A stretch of DNA of 64,000 bases from Lepidodermella squamata (Eukaryota; Animalia; Gastrotricha). Location: positions 1,612,001-1,676,000 of the forward strand of contig JBLDXI010000033.1 of the NCBI GenBank assembly GCA_047495785.1. Direction: 5' to 3'. The translations under genes and the position numbers were made by a program. Shown piece by piece: positions 21,675 to 35,800 of the stretch. Numbering within the stretch: the first letter of the stretch is position 1; each line of letters starts with the position of its first letter. The notes under the pieces were generated by a model. The model saw only the letters and a list, made by a program, of their open reading frames with translations. It made no database searches and had not been told where the DNA came from.

Positions 21675-23945
21675 ATGACTCTGATGTGGAAGACATTTAT
21701 TATCGTTCAAGCATTCGGACTGGCTTTCGGTTCGGTTCCTGAAAAGCCATTTAAGCTGAAAGTGTTGACAATTCTGCCATTCACTGGAAATCCGGGCTAT
21801 GAAATGGACAGATGCAAGCTCGCGATAGAAATTGTCCGCGAGCTAGTCAATAACCGAAACGATATTCTTGCGAACTACCAGGTGGAAAATCAATTTTTCG
21901 ATGAATCAACTGTCGGCTCCTTAGGCGTTCAAACTGCAGTGCGGCATCTTCGTGAGAACTCTGAAAGCAGCCGGAATGGATCAGTAATTGCTCCGATCGT
22001 TATGAGCAGCTTCTTCACCCCTGGTTGCAAGGCATGGGGTAATGTTGCCGGATACATGAATACCGTCACGGTCGTCGGTTCGTGTACAGCGCCAAGCCAG
22101 ACTGCTAGGCGAGACTCATATCCGAATATGTATCGAGTCAGAGCTCCCGGGGATATGTCGTTGATGTCCCGTATCGCATTCATAAAACAGATGACCTCGA
22201 TTCGTAAATTAGCGATCGTGACTCATCTGAATTTGAACAGCTACAGTCTGGAGTCTTCGAACTACTTCTACGACGCTGCTAATAGAGCCGGGCTTGAAGT
22301 CACAACTTTCGATGCTAGCTCTGATTTGAATGACGATTGGATATTGGCACTCAAGCGGTCCGACATACGAATTTTCAATTTTGAAGTAGCTGAACCTGCA
22401 TCAGTCGTGTTGTTTCTTTGCCAGGCGTATTCAAACGGCATTTACGGGTCAAGATATTTATTTTTCTTCCAATTGCTCGCATATCCTAATCCAGCAATTA
22501 TCGCTGAATCGATCATTCCCAAGGGATGCTCGCGAGAAATTTTGATGAAACAACTGCAGATGGCTTTATTCGTTGGTTCTTCTTTTCCAGCTCTGGTACC
22601 GCCACAGGGTCGAAACTCCCTGGGTATGACATTCAGTGATTTTGAGAAAGAATGGCGGGAAAGGACAAATGGCATTCCTTCACCAGGCGATGTCTTACGG
22701 CATGTGTGCTTCGACTTGGCAATGGAGATCGTTCTTGCTCTCGACAAAATCGAAGAAAGACTTCAAGCTAAAAACATGAGCTTGCTTGATTACCCAGCAT
22801 TCCCTAGAGAAGTGATGATCGTCACAAATGAAACTGTGCGTGGAATCAACTTTACTAGCTTAAGATTTGGCAGCTTCCAGTATTCGCCCCGTGCAGAATG
22901 GGATTCCGAGCCGCAACTTGTGACTATGTGGAACCCGGCTAAAGGGCAGATATTGAGTTACAAGGTCACTTTCGCCCCCAATGCAACTGATGTCTACGAC
23001 TTGGAGTCGTATTCCGTCGAAGGGATAAACTCGATACCGGCAGGCTTTATCCCGAAAGATTCTGCCCCAGAGGAAATGTCTCTCGACGGAGTTCCCAACT
23101 CAGTTTTCATTGTTATTACTGTTCTTTCGGCGGCGGTTTTCGTTGGCAGTGTTTTGTTACTTTTTAGAAAGAACATGTTCGAATTGAGCACATCATCATA
23201 TCTACTGCTAACCATCTGCTCATCCTTTATCAGTGCTGCATCCGTTTTCATCATCTTGCCACCTTATCTTCAAAGTGATGTAACCTGCGCGTTTGGTTTG
23301 ATCCTCATTTCTAGCGGGATCCCACTGATGTATGGATTCTTGTTAGCCCGTATGTGGGAATTTTCGAGATTTCTGAGTCGTCAAAGCTTCGCGAAGATTG
23401 ATAGGCGCAAAACACTTCCAAAGATAGTCAAGTTCGAACCAAAAATGAAACGGAATATTTTAGCAGCCTGCAGCTTCAGTGCTCTGAATTTGGTCATCGT
23501 TGTTGCTTGGCTAGTTTCGGATGCTGTGGTAGTTAACATGGCCCGCGAAGGCCGACGTCTATATCTCGATGCAGAAGATGTCTATTTGCTGATTAAATCG
23601 GTTTCGTGCAGTTCGAGCTTTTTCAGTAGATGGGCCTGGACGCTGGCGATCCTCAACTTGGCCGCAATTTTGGCGGCTGGATTTTTGATACTCAAAGTTC
23701 GCTCGCATCCTCAACTGCCGTTCCACAACATGAAGAGGTGGTTCCTCGCGGTAATTGTGTCAAACAGTTTATTCCTCGCAACCTGCGTCCTGGTTTTCAT
23801 CATCAACTCTAGTAGTTCAGTCTGGTGGGTTAATGTTACAATATCTATCGGACTTCTACTTCAATCGGCTTCTGTCTCTGGAATCATCGGTTTTGAGAGG
23901 CGAACATCGCAAGTCATGGTTACGATAGAGCCTGTTTGGAATTAA
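21675..23945 (+). CDS. Intronless class C GPCR-like receptor, paralog of 5426-7810
   Basis: 756-aa ORF; signal peptide, VNNRNDILANY, YPNMYR, AYSNGIYGSRY; shares NMSL.DY...PREVM and FQYS.R.E.DSEPQ with the first receptor; 7TM. Confidence 0.85.
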   Translation: MTLMWKTFIIVQAFGLAFGSVPEKPFKLKVLTILPFTGNPGYEMDRCKLAIEIVRELVNNRNDILANYQVENQFFDESTVGSLGVQTAVRHLRENSESSRNGSVIAPIVMSSFFTPGCKAWGNVAGYMNTVTVVGSCTAPSQTARRDSYPNMYRVRAPGDMSLMSRIAFIKQMTSIRKLAIVTHLNLNSYSLESSNYFYDAANRAGLEVTTFDASSDLNDDWILALKRSDIRIFNFEVAEPASVVLFLCQAYSNGIYGSRYLFFFQLLAYPNPAIIAESIIPKGCSREILMKQLQMALFVGSSFPALVPPQGRNSLGMTFSDFEKEWRERTNGIPSPGDVLRHVCFDLAMEIVLALDKIEERLQAKNMSLLDYPAFPREVMIVTNETVRGINFTSLRFGSFQYSPRAEWDSEPQLVTMWNPAKGQILSYKVTFAPNATDVYDLESYSVEGINSIPAGFIPKDSAPEEMSLDGVPNSVFIVITVLSAAVFVGSVLLLFRKNMFELSTSSYLLLTICSSFISAASVFIILPPYLQSDVTCAFGLILISSGIPLMYGFLLARMWEFSRFLSRQSFAKIDRRKTLPKIVKFEPKMKRNILAACSFSALNLVIVVAWLVSDAVVVNMAREGRRLYLDAEDVYLLIKSVSCSSSFFSRWAWTLAILNLAAILAAGFLILKVRSHPQLPFHNMKRWFLAVIVSNSLFLATCVLVFIINSSSSVWWVNVTISIGLLLQSASVSGIIGFERRTSQVMVTIEPVWN

Positions 23946-24226
23946 TTCTCAAAATGTCCAAAATAAGATTGACCTCTTAGTATGTTGTAACAGACATTTT
24001 TCCGATACTGTACGTCTGCAGATGTCTGTATAACGAACGTGATGCCATCCCAAAATTCGAACTCATGATTGCTGCATGTACTCACAGACGTTCAGAGTAG
24101 AAAGTACGTTTGCTATGTCTGTTCATCTTTATTTTTGAGCAAACAAATGCAGTGTGTGTGGCTTTGCAATAAAGAATTTGAAAAATAATTTTGGACGAAT
24201 TAAATTTATAAAAATATAAAAATAAT

Positions 24227-26398
24227 TCATTTCAATTGGCCAGATGGCCCAGTCGAACCCAGAAGGTGCATTTTTTCGTAAAATTCATCAGAATGAATCG
24301 GTTTGTCGAACAAAGAGGCCCGCGCGATGCTCAACTGTACGTTCCGAAGCGTCGATCGATAGTAATCTTCCGAGTCGTCGATAACTCGCCAACTAGTTTC
24401 GTGGGGGAAAGACCTGGCCGGGGTTCCGATCCAAATCGCCTTCACAGTAACTTCATCGCGATTCTGCGGTCGAACAAACGCAGATTGCAGGTCTAAAATA
24501 GGTTCCAACTGCGAGCCATTCACGTATAAAACAGCTTGATGCTTAGAAACAGACAGCTGGAGCTTGTACCATTGATTGCTGAATAGAGCCGTGACTTGCA
24601 TTTGCCACATGACGTATTCGTCTTTTTGAACTGTCAACCGAAGCGAGCCATCGTAAGGCCGTTCGATGTTCATGACAAAAAACGAGCATTGGTTATCATC
24701 AGGCGCAACTTCGACACAGTCAGAGAATTCAACAGCTGCTACGATCGCGTTTGATTCTTTGGTATTGCGACGGGGTTGAAGATTCAACTCGAGTTCGAGT
24801 GTGAAAGAACTGCCTAGAACGGTTATTGCACCAGCGATCGGGATGTAAATGTGATCCCCATCTTCTAGTTGAGTATAGGGCAGGGATTTATCTAGATGAA
24901 CTTGGTTAGGATTAAGCGGTTGAAAGCCATTGATAGGGCTCAATAACGCATCGAGGCGAGGGAAGCCGGATAGATCGGTAAAAACTGGCGGAAATCGATT
25001 GTTATTTGCTGCTCCGAATCGCCATTTTCCAACTAAAAATAAAACAATTTTTTTCCAATTTTTTTAACCAGAAAATCAGTACCTCGAATGGGAAGGGCCG
25101 CTTGCAACTTGAGCAGATCGCCCAAACCAACGAGGTTCGAGAAGTTTGAATTTGAATAATCAACTCGAATTTTATTCTGCCGATTGTTGCAATCGAAACA
25201 GCAATTTAAGTCAGTTTTAGATTGAACAGTTTGAAATTTGTTGCCCCTTGTTGATTTTGCGTCATTTGTATAAGACAACAGGCTTCGCAAGGCGCAGAAC
25301 AAGTTAGAATTCACTGATTGAATTATGCTCGGATTCAAGCCTGATAACAAATACTTGGACCGATTTTCATGGAGCTTCACCGCAAATTGTTTGGTATCGG
25401 ATAGCAAATCGTTCCCAGAGGCCAATATTAATTTTTGTATTCCTATTAAAAATTCAGGAATTATTCTGAATGAAATTGTCGTAATTTTTCATACCATTTT
25501 GTTTCAACGGCGGCCAATAGATGGCACGATGAGATAAAATAGGGCTGGTTAGTTCAGGATAACTATCGGCTAGAATTCGCGTAGCCATCGCTGGGACCAT
25601 GGGCCTCGAGCCAATTATTGGCAACTCGCCAGTACCGTCGCCCGAATCGATTCCTCGGTACCATTCAAACCATTTATTGACAAAATCGGCCCGCGGGGTA
25701 GCAGCAATAAACGATAGCGGTATGTCGTAATTATTATCAGCCCCTTCTCTCGCAACCTGAAACACTTCATTTCTTTTCGTTAATATATTTCGATCACTCA
25801 ATATCGAATCAATCGGCTTGAGAATTATGACGTCCATATCAAGATAAATCCCGCCGAAATTTCGCATGATGTCCAAGCTAGCGAGTGCGAACCGAAAAGG
25901 ATGGCGAACTTTTTTGTTTTTCACATTTGGCGGCCCGGTTTTCGATGTATCTTGAGGCCGTTCATCGAAACAGTAGAGCAACTTCGATTCCGACCATGTT
26001 TCACTGCTATCACAGCACATGCAGTTGAGATTTGTGATAAAATCGTTCGAGGCGCGTTTGAACCAATCATCCGCCTTAAAATGCTGCATTTTCGCCGATA
26101 AATAATGAAAATAAATTCGAGTTGGCTTCAAGTTTTGATAAGCCGCCTTAATCGCCAGATAGTGATAAAACTGGAAATTGTACCGCGACGAATTTTCCGG
26201 GGGAGTAAATAAGAAATGAACATAGCGAGGAATAGTCCAATTTAAGCTTCGAGGATGATGGCTGGCCGCTTCGCTTGGAATTCTGGTGGTGCCGGTAATT
26301 TCGACTGGGAGGAATAACAGCTCGATCGAATAAAAGTAGGGTGACAGCAAAAAAATGATAGCAAAGGCGAAAAGTCCGCCCGCAATTGAATATCGCAT
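24227..26398 (-). CDS. Type II membrane glycosyltransferase family 32 (DXD) with C-terminal LamG/concanavalin-like domain, 3 exons
   Basis: N-terminal TM (YSIAGGLFAFAIIFLL), IPRYVHF, GGIYLDMDV. Spliced in frame to 25033-25425 and then to GKWRF..DLSG / 24227-24943 (FTLEL...NQWYKLQL...LYVNG). Confidence 0.75.
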
Positions 26399-28806
26399 TG
26401 TCGATGACCTGAAACGCCTTGTTCGATAGTAGAAATTGAATGGGAACATGATAATGTTTAGCCAGCAGTTGTTCGCATTTCGGATCGCCGCGTCAACATA
26501 TTCACCAGCAGTCAAGAGTTGAATGGCCCATAATTAAAATTGAAACCTTTCGGGTGTAAAAACACATCACAAGTGTAAGGATGACGCGCGGCTCTTTTGT
26601 CGACACGCTATTGAGTGAATTGCGCGGTTTTAAGGTGGACATAACGCTCGATTAGTGCGCTGTGTCATCATATCACCTTCTGCCCGCCACGTGTTTATAC
26701 GGTATAAATAAACATCTTCATACATAGAAACAGTCGCAATTCGCATTAATTAGCTTATTCGTGTCGAAATGACTTGCGGAAGAAACTAAACAGCCGCCCT
26801 GGTTTTATTTACTGCAGCTGTGGTATGTATAAGCGATGAGCCGTATAAAGGTATCATATACCATAGCCTCTCGTGTTTTTGTACGGTGACAATAGGCACG
26901 AGTTTTGTTTAGTTGTAGCAGTATAATAATAATATGACAAGCAGGTGGGGGTGCACACACACGAGCCGACAGAAGTACTATGCAGGAGGGGATGCACTTG
27001 AAACAGGTACCAACGCACTGACACGTGTTTTACGACCGACGCAATGGGATATGCGGACTATTATAATCGCCTTCATAAGTCACGCACAAATATAAAAGAA
27101 AATTGTTGAAAAATTAAGAAATAGCGTAAGTAGCGACTTCTAGTTGAAAATCGTTGTGACCCGGATTAAATTAGATGACCAGCGCAATTTTGGTGATCTC
27201 TAACGGCCTGATTTTCGGCAATGAAAATGACGCGATTTTAGCTTTTATTAATGTAAACGCTAGAGAAGCATCATGCTTTTGTTGTACCTAGTCTACATTG
27301 TGAGGGCAATAAATTAGCTCAACACAAATGGCTATATATGCGATATTATCATTCATCACTTATCAAACTGGCTGTCGACAGCCATTAGGAAAAATAAATA
27401 TCCATTACCAAATAATAATTTTTGGAGTACATGATGTAAACCACTGGATAATAGAGCTGATATACAACGTGGAAAATACAACAGCTGCTGTACTATTATG
27501 AGAGAAAATGCTGTTGCTGGCAGCGAGGAAAATTGTGAGGAAATTAAAAAAAATTGTCTCGCAAAATTCACCTGCTTTAGCAGCGAGACGCTTCGCAAAA
27601 TGTTCACTAAGACTTGACATAAACAAAGTGAAGCGCATTATTGCATTTATTGGCCCGTCCGGCGGCTATTGTGTTGTTAATGCTGGCTGCTGATGAGCGC
27701 AATATTTTTTATTTACCAGTAGTATTAGCGATGATGATGGTCAGCGGTCGAGTTTGTTCATACTCATCGGCAGTGTTTAAATGCGATCCAGATGCCGTGT
27801 GCAAACAGAAGATCGGCTAAACTAATTTCTGCTTTCAATATATTCCGCAAATTTTCGCCCTCGCTGTTAACGCTGTACCCCAGAAAAAACAATACAAAAA
27901 AATTGAATCCGTCGAAATTTATTACATTACTAATTTCGATGCGTTTTATTTACATTATTTTTACCCGTACATGCGAATCAGTTACAATTTTCGGTTTGCT
28001 TGAGATGTTAACTTTAATGAGAGTAATTCAATAATAAATAAGGACGTGCAATGCAAGAGACGAACAATTCGCCCGATAAATATAAATACAACGATGTCAA
28101 GTGCTGCGTCGCGATCACCGAACAATCGTCCAATTCCCGCAACCGGCCAATAAAATCTCTCTCTGTCTCCACCCCGGCCAAAAACCAGTCATCCGAATCT
28201 TCCAATGGCAAGCACTTGAATCGCAATATATGAGATTTCAATAGGAAAGAACAATAATGGTTTTAGTTGTTCGATCTATTCAAGACTCAACAACAAGAGT
28301 GAATAAATATTATTAAATTATCGTTGCGATTTAGCACAATCGACGCCTTTCGATTTTGGTGATACAAAAAAACGAACCAATATCATGATTACAACGTGAT
28401 ATTCAGACCACCATAACACCCCTGATTTAGTGTGCATAAACGCAAGATGGGTTGAGAAATAAAGCTCATTGAAGTCACATTTCAGCAAACAAAAAATGAG
28501 TAAGATTCACCGTCCATTTTCACATCTCCCAGCTCGTTTTCATGGGGCAGTCGCAACAAAGATAGATAACTAGTACGATTCATTCACTAATTCGAGTAAT
28601 ATGTAATATGTATGGTATTTTTTGTTTTTTGAAGCGCATGATAGCGGCAGTTTTCATTAGCATTCGAAATGATTTCGACAAAATTTCGAGTAGGAGGTTC
28701 ATATTGGGTTTCAATATACCCTTATAAGTTAAAGCAGAAACAAGACAAAAACTCGATTATCAAACAAATTATAGTCAATGAATTGTTTTTTGTAGTGTTG
28801 ATGGAT

Positions 28807-29857
28807 TTATTTCTTAGCCATTTCCTGCTCCATCTCGATCAGACGCTTAACACCTTCGTACATGTCCTGGGCGCATTGAACTTCGGAGAGGCCGAGACGA
28901 CGCTTGTTCGAGATGTCGTAGACACCACCCTCAGATTCCGAGTGCTCACCGTGGATTCCGCGGCAGTCGATGTGGTACTGTTCCAAGAGCTTCTTGAAGT
29001 CAGGATGGTTGATAGCATGAGGGATAGCAATGTGCACCGAGGCGCGCATGCCAGTTCCCAGATTGGTCGGGCAAGCCGACAAGTAGCCGAAGTTCTCATT
29101 GAACTGGAATCCCAGCTTCGAGCTAAGTTCGTTGACAGCACGAGCGAGACGGGTGAAGACAGCCAGGATATCACCGCCGGGTTGCATGGAGATGATTCGC
29201 AGCTGGTCTTCCTCGTTGACCCAGACCAAGAAGGTCTTGCTGTCGTTGTGGTAGATACCACGACCCTCTGGCCATTCGCGGTTGATACCAGCGGCCTCGA
29301 GGAAACGATCACCCTTCTTGAACAGGAAGTGGTCATCAACAAGTTGTTGACGGGTCTTCTCATCCATGCCGGAAAGAGGGTAGTAGTGGCCCTTAAGGTC
29401 GCCGTCCAGAGTGGTGAGGACACCAACAACGTTCTTCTCGATATCGATACGCTCTTGCTTGGTCAGGGTTGGCGTCAGACCGAATCCCTTCAAGTTGCGG
29501 GCGACGCGAATACGGGTCGAAACGATGTACTTGTTGTCCGGGTCAGGGTTGGTGACCTTCAGGTGGCTGGGATCGAAGTCAGCCGGGTGCTTATCAGTAG
29601 CTTTGTACGGCTTGTGGTAGTCCTCAATGACTGCGTTGAGGAGAGGTGCGAAGACATGGTAGCACTCCTCATCGCCAGCGTACAGGCCGACACCCGAATC
29701 CTGGTTGACAACACCCGAGTTGATGACCTCCTTCAATCCAACGCCGCGGGACGACTTCTTGTCCTTCAGCTGGTCGAAAATCTCTTTCGTGAGATACTTG
29801 CGAAGGAGGGACTTGTTGTTGTCAGTCCAGGTTGGGTATTCAAAATTGGCAGCAGCC
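28807..29857 (-). CDS. Arginine kinase domain 8 (terminal exon, true stop)
   Basis: SGVVNQDSGVGLYAGD, STRIRVARN, GDRFL, WVNEEDQLRIISMQ, CPTNLGT, RGIHGEH, YDISNKRRLG; acceptor TTTACAG. Confidence 0.95.
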
Positions 29858-32800
29858 CTGTAAACATAAAACATTTGTTTAAAACAGTAACTATGATGAT
29901 ACCTATTCAACTCTACGATTAAAGCCGCATTTTCAAACTATTTTGTTTTCAGTTCGAGGTAAAATTGTTTAAATGCATATTTCATTTTAATTAATCATGT
30001 CTTACTCACGGCTCATGTTCATTTTCAAAATCATTCTTTTATAACAGCGAGCAGGTAAAATGATAACACGAAATTGAGTGATCTACAGCAGGCAATTGCT
30101 TTCCGTCCACCTTAAATCGATCTCACTCGTTTTAGCTAATAAATGATGCTACTATGAGTTATTTTCGGGCAGTAAATTCGACCTATGAAATAACAGCTCC
30201 TTATTACAAGCATCGCGCGAATATTTCGTATAATAAAAGTTCATTTTTTCGCCTTTTAATTTCACGATTTGTAGTCCAAAAGTTAAACGGCTGAAAATTC
30301 GCGCAATTTTCGAAAATTTTCGAATTTTCGAATTTCAATTTTTCAATGCTAGGCTAAAATGACTAGATTTTTTAAATAAAATAAATCACTACAAAAGTAT
30401 TACTTTCCTTAGCTTGTATAATGGGAATGGTGAACTCAAGTTTAATAATGGTTTTTGGCACCGTCAAAATCGCTACTGGATTCCTATTACCCGAAAGGCA
30501 TGATAAAATGAAGCGTCCTATTACCGATGATCTCTTTCGCGTGACTTGTGAGCATCTCTATTCGAGGGGAATAAAAAATTCCGCTGACTTAGTGATCAGC
30601 ATTATAGTGATATTCTAAGTGCCTCTAAATATTTTCTAAAAGCTTTGAATCTGCACAGAACCTCTGCTTCACTTTCGATGTGATGAAGGTCGATTTTTTG
30701 AAAACACTTGTAAGCCTGAAATGCAAAGGCAGAAGTTGCTACATGGATGCACATGTAAGAGAAAGACGGCCACTAAATTCATTCTTCAAATTACGATTGC
30801 TTTTATGATGTGAGAATAAACAATAACAGTAATTCACTCACTTGGCCATTTCCTGCTCCATTTCAATCAAACGCTTGACGCCCTCGTACATGTCCTGGGC
30901 ACATTGGACCTCGGACAGACCAAGGCGACGCTTGTTCGAAATGTCGTAAACGCCACCCTCGGATTCCGAGTGCTCACCGTGGATTCCGCGGCAGTCGATG
31001 TGGTACTGTTCCAACAATTGTTTGAATTCAGGATGGTTGATGGCGTGCGGGATGGCGATATGCACCGAAGCACGCATGCCAGTACCCAAGTTGGTGGGGC
31101 AGGCCGAGAGATAACCGAAGTTCTCGTTAAACTGGAATCCCAGCTTCGAGCTAAGTTCGTTGACAGCACGAGCGAGACGGGTGAAGACAGCCAGAATATC
31201 ACCGCCAGGTTGCATGGAGATGATGCGGAGCTGATCCTCTTCGTTAACCCAGACAAGGAAGGTCTTGCTGTCGTTGTGGTAGATACCACGGCCTTCGGGC
31301 CATTCACGGTTGATGCCGGCAGCTTCCAAGAATCGATCACCCTTCTTGAAAAGGAAATGGTCATCAACCAGCTGTTTGCGGGTCTTTTCGTCCATGCCAG
31401 ACAGCGGGTAGTAGTGACCCTTCAGATCACCGCCGAGGGTGGTGAGGACACCAACGACCTTCTTCTCGATGTCGATGCGCTCCTGCTTGGTAAGGGTCGG
31501 GGTCAGACCGAATCCCTTCAGGTTGCGGGCGACGCGAATACGGGTCGAAACGATGTACTTGTTGTCCGGGTCAGGGTTGGTGACCTTCAAATGGCTCGGG
31601 TCGAAGTCAGCCGGGTGCTTATCAGTGGCTTTGTACGGCTTGTGGTAGTCCTCAATAACAGCGTTAAGAAGAGGAGCGAACACATTGTAGCACTCTTCAT
31701 CACCAGCATACAAACCAACTCCGGAATCCTGGTTGCAAACACCAGAGTTGATTACGTCTTTCAGGGTGACACCGCGGGACGACTTCTTGTCCTTCAGTTG
31801 ATCGAAAACTTCCTTGGTCAAGTACTTGCGAAGGAGCGACTTGTTGGTCTCAGTCCACTTCGGGTATTCGAGTTCAACGGGGATCCTGGAATCAACAGTA
31901 TCATCGTTATTCACATCAGCCATGGTTGAATTTTGAATTTTCTATAAGTAATGTGACTTGAGTTTTGCTTTAACAAGCGCTGTGTTTTTTGCGTCTACAA
32001 TAAACTAATCAAGCTAATTTCGATATCGCAGACTCGCTGATTAGGCACGAAACCTTTTTCTGCTGGCGACGACTGACTTTTGCATTACTTTGATGAGCCT
32101 GATCGAACAAATTATAGGTGCTGTAAAAAACTAATCATCCCTTAAGGATCATAAATGATACGGTTCCGGAAAATTCGTCACGAAATGCCGACGGAAAAAC
32201 GCACAGCTCTTAATTTTTCTTCATGGCGTGACTAAAAAAACTGCCATCATCCGCATTTTCCCTACAATCCAATCGATAGACAAATAGCTTTAATTCAAAG
32301 CTAGAAATCCAGGTTTACTGATGCGAATTTTATCCTGGAAAATATCGACAGGCACCGCAAGCGCCTTGAATTAGGTTTCAGTACTTGAAATTAGGAATTA
32401 TTTCTCTTTTCTAATAATCTTTCGGAAAATGTAGAGGAGTCAAAATATCAGAGAATGAATTAATTAAGGAGTTTTCCATCATCCTAACTGAAAAAATCAG
32501 TGTTAAAAAAGATACACTGAATCTTCAACCTGGAAACAAGTAACTTGCAAAATTAGAGCAATCCTAGATTTTGTGCTCAGTCTTTTTGGCTCTGTCTTAT
32601 GTAAAACGTTAGATAGCGAAACCACCGTAATGCCCGAAAAATATTCGCCAAAATGAAAATCTACTTGAAAAAATAATTCTTGAAATTGCCAAGACTCGCC
32701 CGTTTGAAAGTTGACCAGGCCATCAAATTATTACTGCTCTAAATCAAGTGACAAGGAAGAGTTCGCATGAAGATAAATTAAATCAATGAGACCGTCCAGG

Positions 32801-35800
32801 AGAAAAGCGGTCATACATTTTTGTGAACTAGAGGTAAAAAGCGCGAACATCCTCAGATTTCGATTCTGACTGATCGCAGCATTGTGAAAGTTATCAGCCC
32901 TATTCTTGCAGACACCCTAAATCCGCATATTAGGGCAGTACGGTATATATCATTACTCGGCTCCAGTCAAACTACATCTTAAAAATATAGAGGGATGAAT
33001 TATCACTAGCGATCACAGAATGGCCAAGCTAGGATCGCGAAACTCTCCATAGAAATTCTGAATTTCATGGTATTCAGGAGTCAGGTGAAAAATACAAATA
33101 GACTTAAATATTCAAAATGGTAAGCGTAACATATTTATAAACAGATTATCAACTTACTTGGCCATTTCCTGCTCCATCTCGATCAAACGCTTGACGCCCT
33201 CGTACATGTCCTGGGCACATTGGACCTCAGACAGGCCAAGGCGGCGCTTGTTCGAAATGTCGTAGACACCACCCTCGGATTCCGAGTGCTCTCCGTGAAT
33301 GCCTCGGCAGTCAATGTGGTACTGCTCAAGGACCTTCTTGAAGTCCGGATGACGAATGGCGTTGGGGATGGCGATATGAACCGAAGCACGCATGCCAGTG
33401 CCCAAGTTGGTAGGGCAGGCCGACAAGTAGCCAAAGTTCTCGTTGAACTGGAAGCCAAGCTTCGAGCTCAGCTCATTGACAGCGCGAGCCAAGCGAGTGA
33501 AGACAGCCAAAATGTCACCACCAGGTTGCATAGAGATGATGCGCAACTGGTCCTCCTCGTTGACCCAGACCAAAAAGGTCTTGCTGTCGTTGTGGTAGAT
33601 GCCACGACCCTCAGGCCATTCGCGGTTGATTCCGGCAGCTTCCAAGAAGCGATCTCCCTTCTTGAACAGGAAATGGTCATCGACGAGTTGTTGACGGGTC
33701 TTCTCATCCATTCCGGAGAGAGGGTAGTAGTGACCCTTCAGATCACCATCGAGAGTGGTCAAGACACCTACAACGTTCTTTTCGATGTCGATGCGCTCTT
33801 GCTTGGTAAGAGTCGGGGTAAGACCGAATCCCTTCAAGTTACGCGCGACACGAATACGGGTCGAAACGATGTACTTGTTCTCTGGGTCAGGATTGGTGAC
33901 CTTCAGGTGGCTGGGATCGAAGTCAGCCGGGTGCTTATCAGTGGCCTTGTATGGCTTGTGGTAGTCCTCGATAACGGCGTTCAGGAGAGGAGCGAAGACG
34001 TGGTAGCACTCTTCGTCACCAGCGTAGAGACCGACCCCGGAATCCTGGTTGCAAACGCCAGAGTTGATGACATCCTTCAGGGTAACACCACGCGCCGACT
34101 TCTTGTCCTTCAGCTGCTCGAAGACTTCCTTGGTCAAGTACTTGCGAAGCAGGGACTTGTTGTTGTCAGTCCATTTCGGGTATTCAAGACCAGCTGGAGT
34201 CCTAGAAAGGAAAAAAAAGCACCGTTTAATTTCCATATAATTGTCACGTCTAGTGTACTAGAAGTGCAAGGTCTATTGGCGTGCTCAATCGTTTAGGTAC
34301 TCAAGGACAGTTGTTTGTGACAGAAAACAAAAATAAAACTGATAGTCCCAGCTTAAAATTAAAATCAGCACTCAGTTTCGCGCAAACCATGACCAGAAAC
34401 AATGGTTAATCATTTCACAGGATATTCAAGTTAAAATCATCACGAAGATGTTCACTGAATGCTAGCTAATGCTATTAATGCATTGTAAATGTGATAGCCA
34501 CCGCCTATTAAGACTTTTAACCTATTTAGGTCCTATCAAGTGAGGTGAAATGTGATTAAAATACTTAGCTATGATAACAAAAACGGCAAAGTTGAGTTTG
34601 ATTTCCTGGCAGCTTTAAAATTAACTATAAAATGCCAAGTAAAATACCATAGAATCGAAAGTTTGATTGTACCCCAAAATATGAACTAATGATTTATCGA
34701 AAGCAATCCCCAAAAGAGGATATGAACATTTCCTAGAATTTGGCGCAAGATTATGAAGTAGTTTGGAAAAGCCCAGATGACTTTTAAAAGAGATCGAGTG
34801 AGATGGGAAATGGAAAGGTCTCCATCGAATTCATCTACAAGTTTATCAATTTTAGTAACGGCAAGACGGCTCAAAAAACATAAGTAAACAAAAAATTGAC
34901 GGTTAAAACTATGAACAAATATCAATATCACGAAAACAATCTATAGGATATTCCATCGAACAAATCTTGATTTCACCTCTTTTTGCTAATCATCGACGAT
35001 TTGTTAAACACCGTGAACACCCTATTACATGAAGATTACGCTATATGAGGGGAACGCTGAGCTAATTTACACGATGAATACGACATGGATGCATGCCGAC
35101 ATGATGGAAGGGGACTAGAACGATTAATTTCAACTCACTTGGCCATCTCCTGTTCCATCTCGATCAGGCGCTTGACACCCTCGTACATGTCCTGGGCACA
35201 TTGGACCTCAGACAGACCAAGGCGACGCTTGTTCGAAATGTCGTAGACACCGCCCTCGGATTCAGAGTGCTCACCATGGATGCCACGGCAGTCAATGTGG
35301 TACTGCTCAAGAACCTGTTTGAACTCAGGGTGGCGAATAGCGTTAGGAATCGCAATGTGAACCGAAGCACGCATGCCGGTTCCCAAGTTGGTCGGGCAGG
35401 CCGACAAGTAGCCAAAGTTCTCGCTGAACTGGAAGCCAAGCTTCGCGCTCAGTTCATTGACGGCGCGAGCGAGACGGGTGAAGACAGCCAAGATATCACC
35501 ACCAGGTTGCATGGAGATGATGCGGAGCTGATCCTCTTCGTTGACCCAGACCAAGAAGGTCTTGCTGTCGTTGTGGTAGATACCACGGCCTTCGGGCCAT
35601 TCACGGTTAATACCGGCAGCTTCCAGGAAGCGATCACCCTTCTTGAACAGGAAGTGGTCGTCGACCAACTGTTGACGGGTCTTTTCGTCCATTCCAGACA
35701 AGGGGTAGTAGTGGCCCTTCAGGTCACCATCCAGAGTGGTGAGGACACCGACGACGTTCTTCTCAATATCGATACGCTCTTGCTTGGTAAGAGTTGGCGT

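Noticed and set aside
26520-28660. Short ORFs between the GT32 gene and the kinase 3' end
   Set aside because: No consistent splice model or protein-like composition; probably UTR/regulatory DNA.
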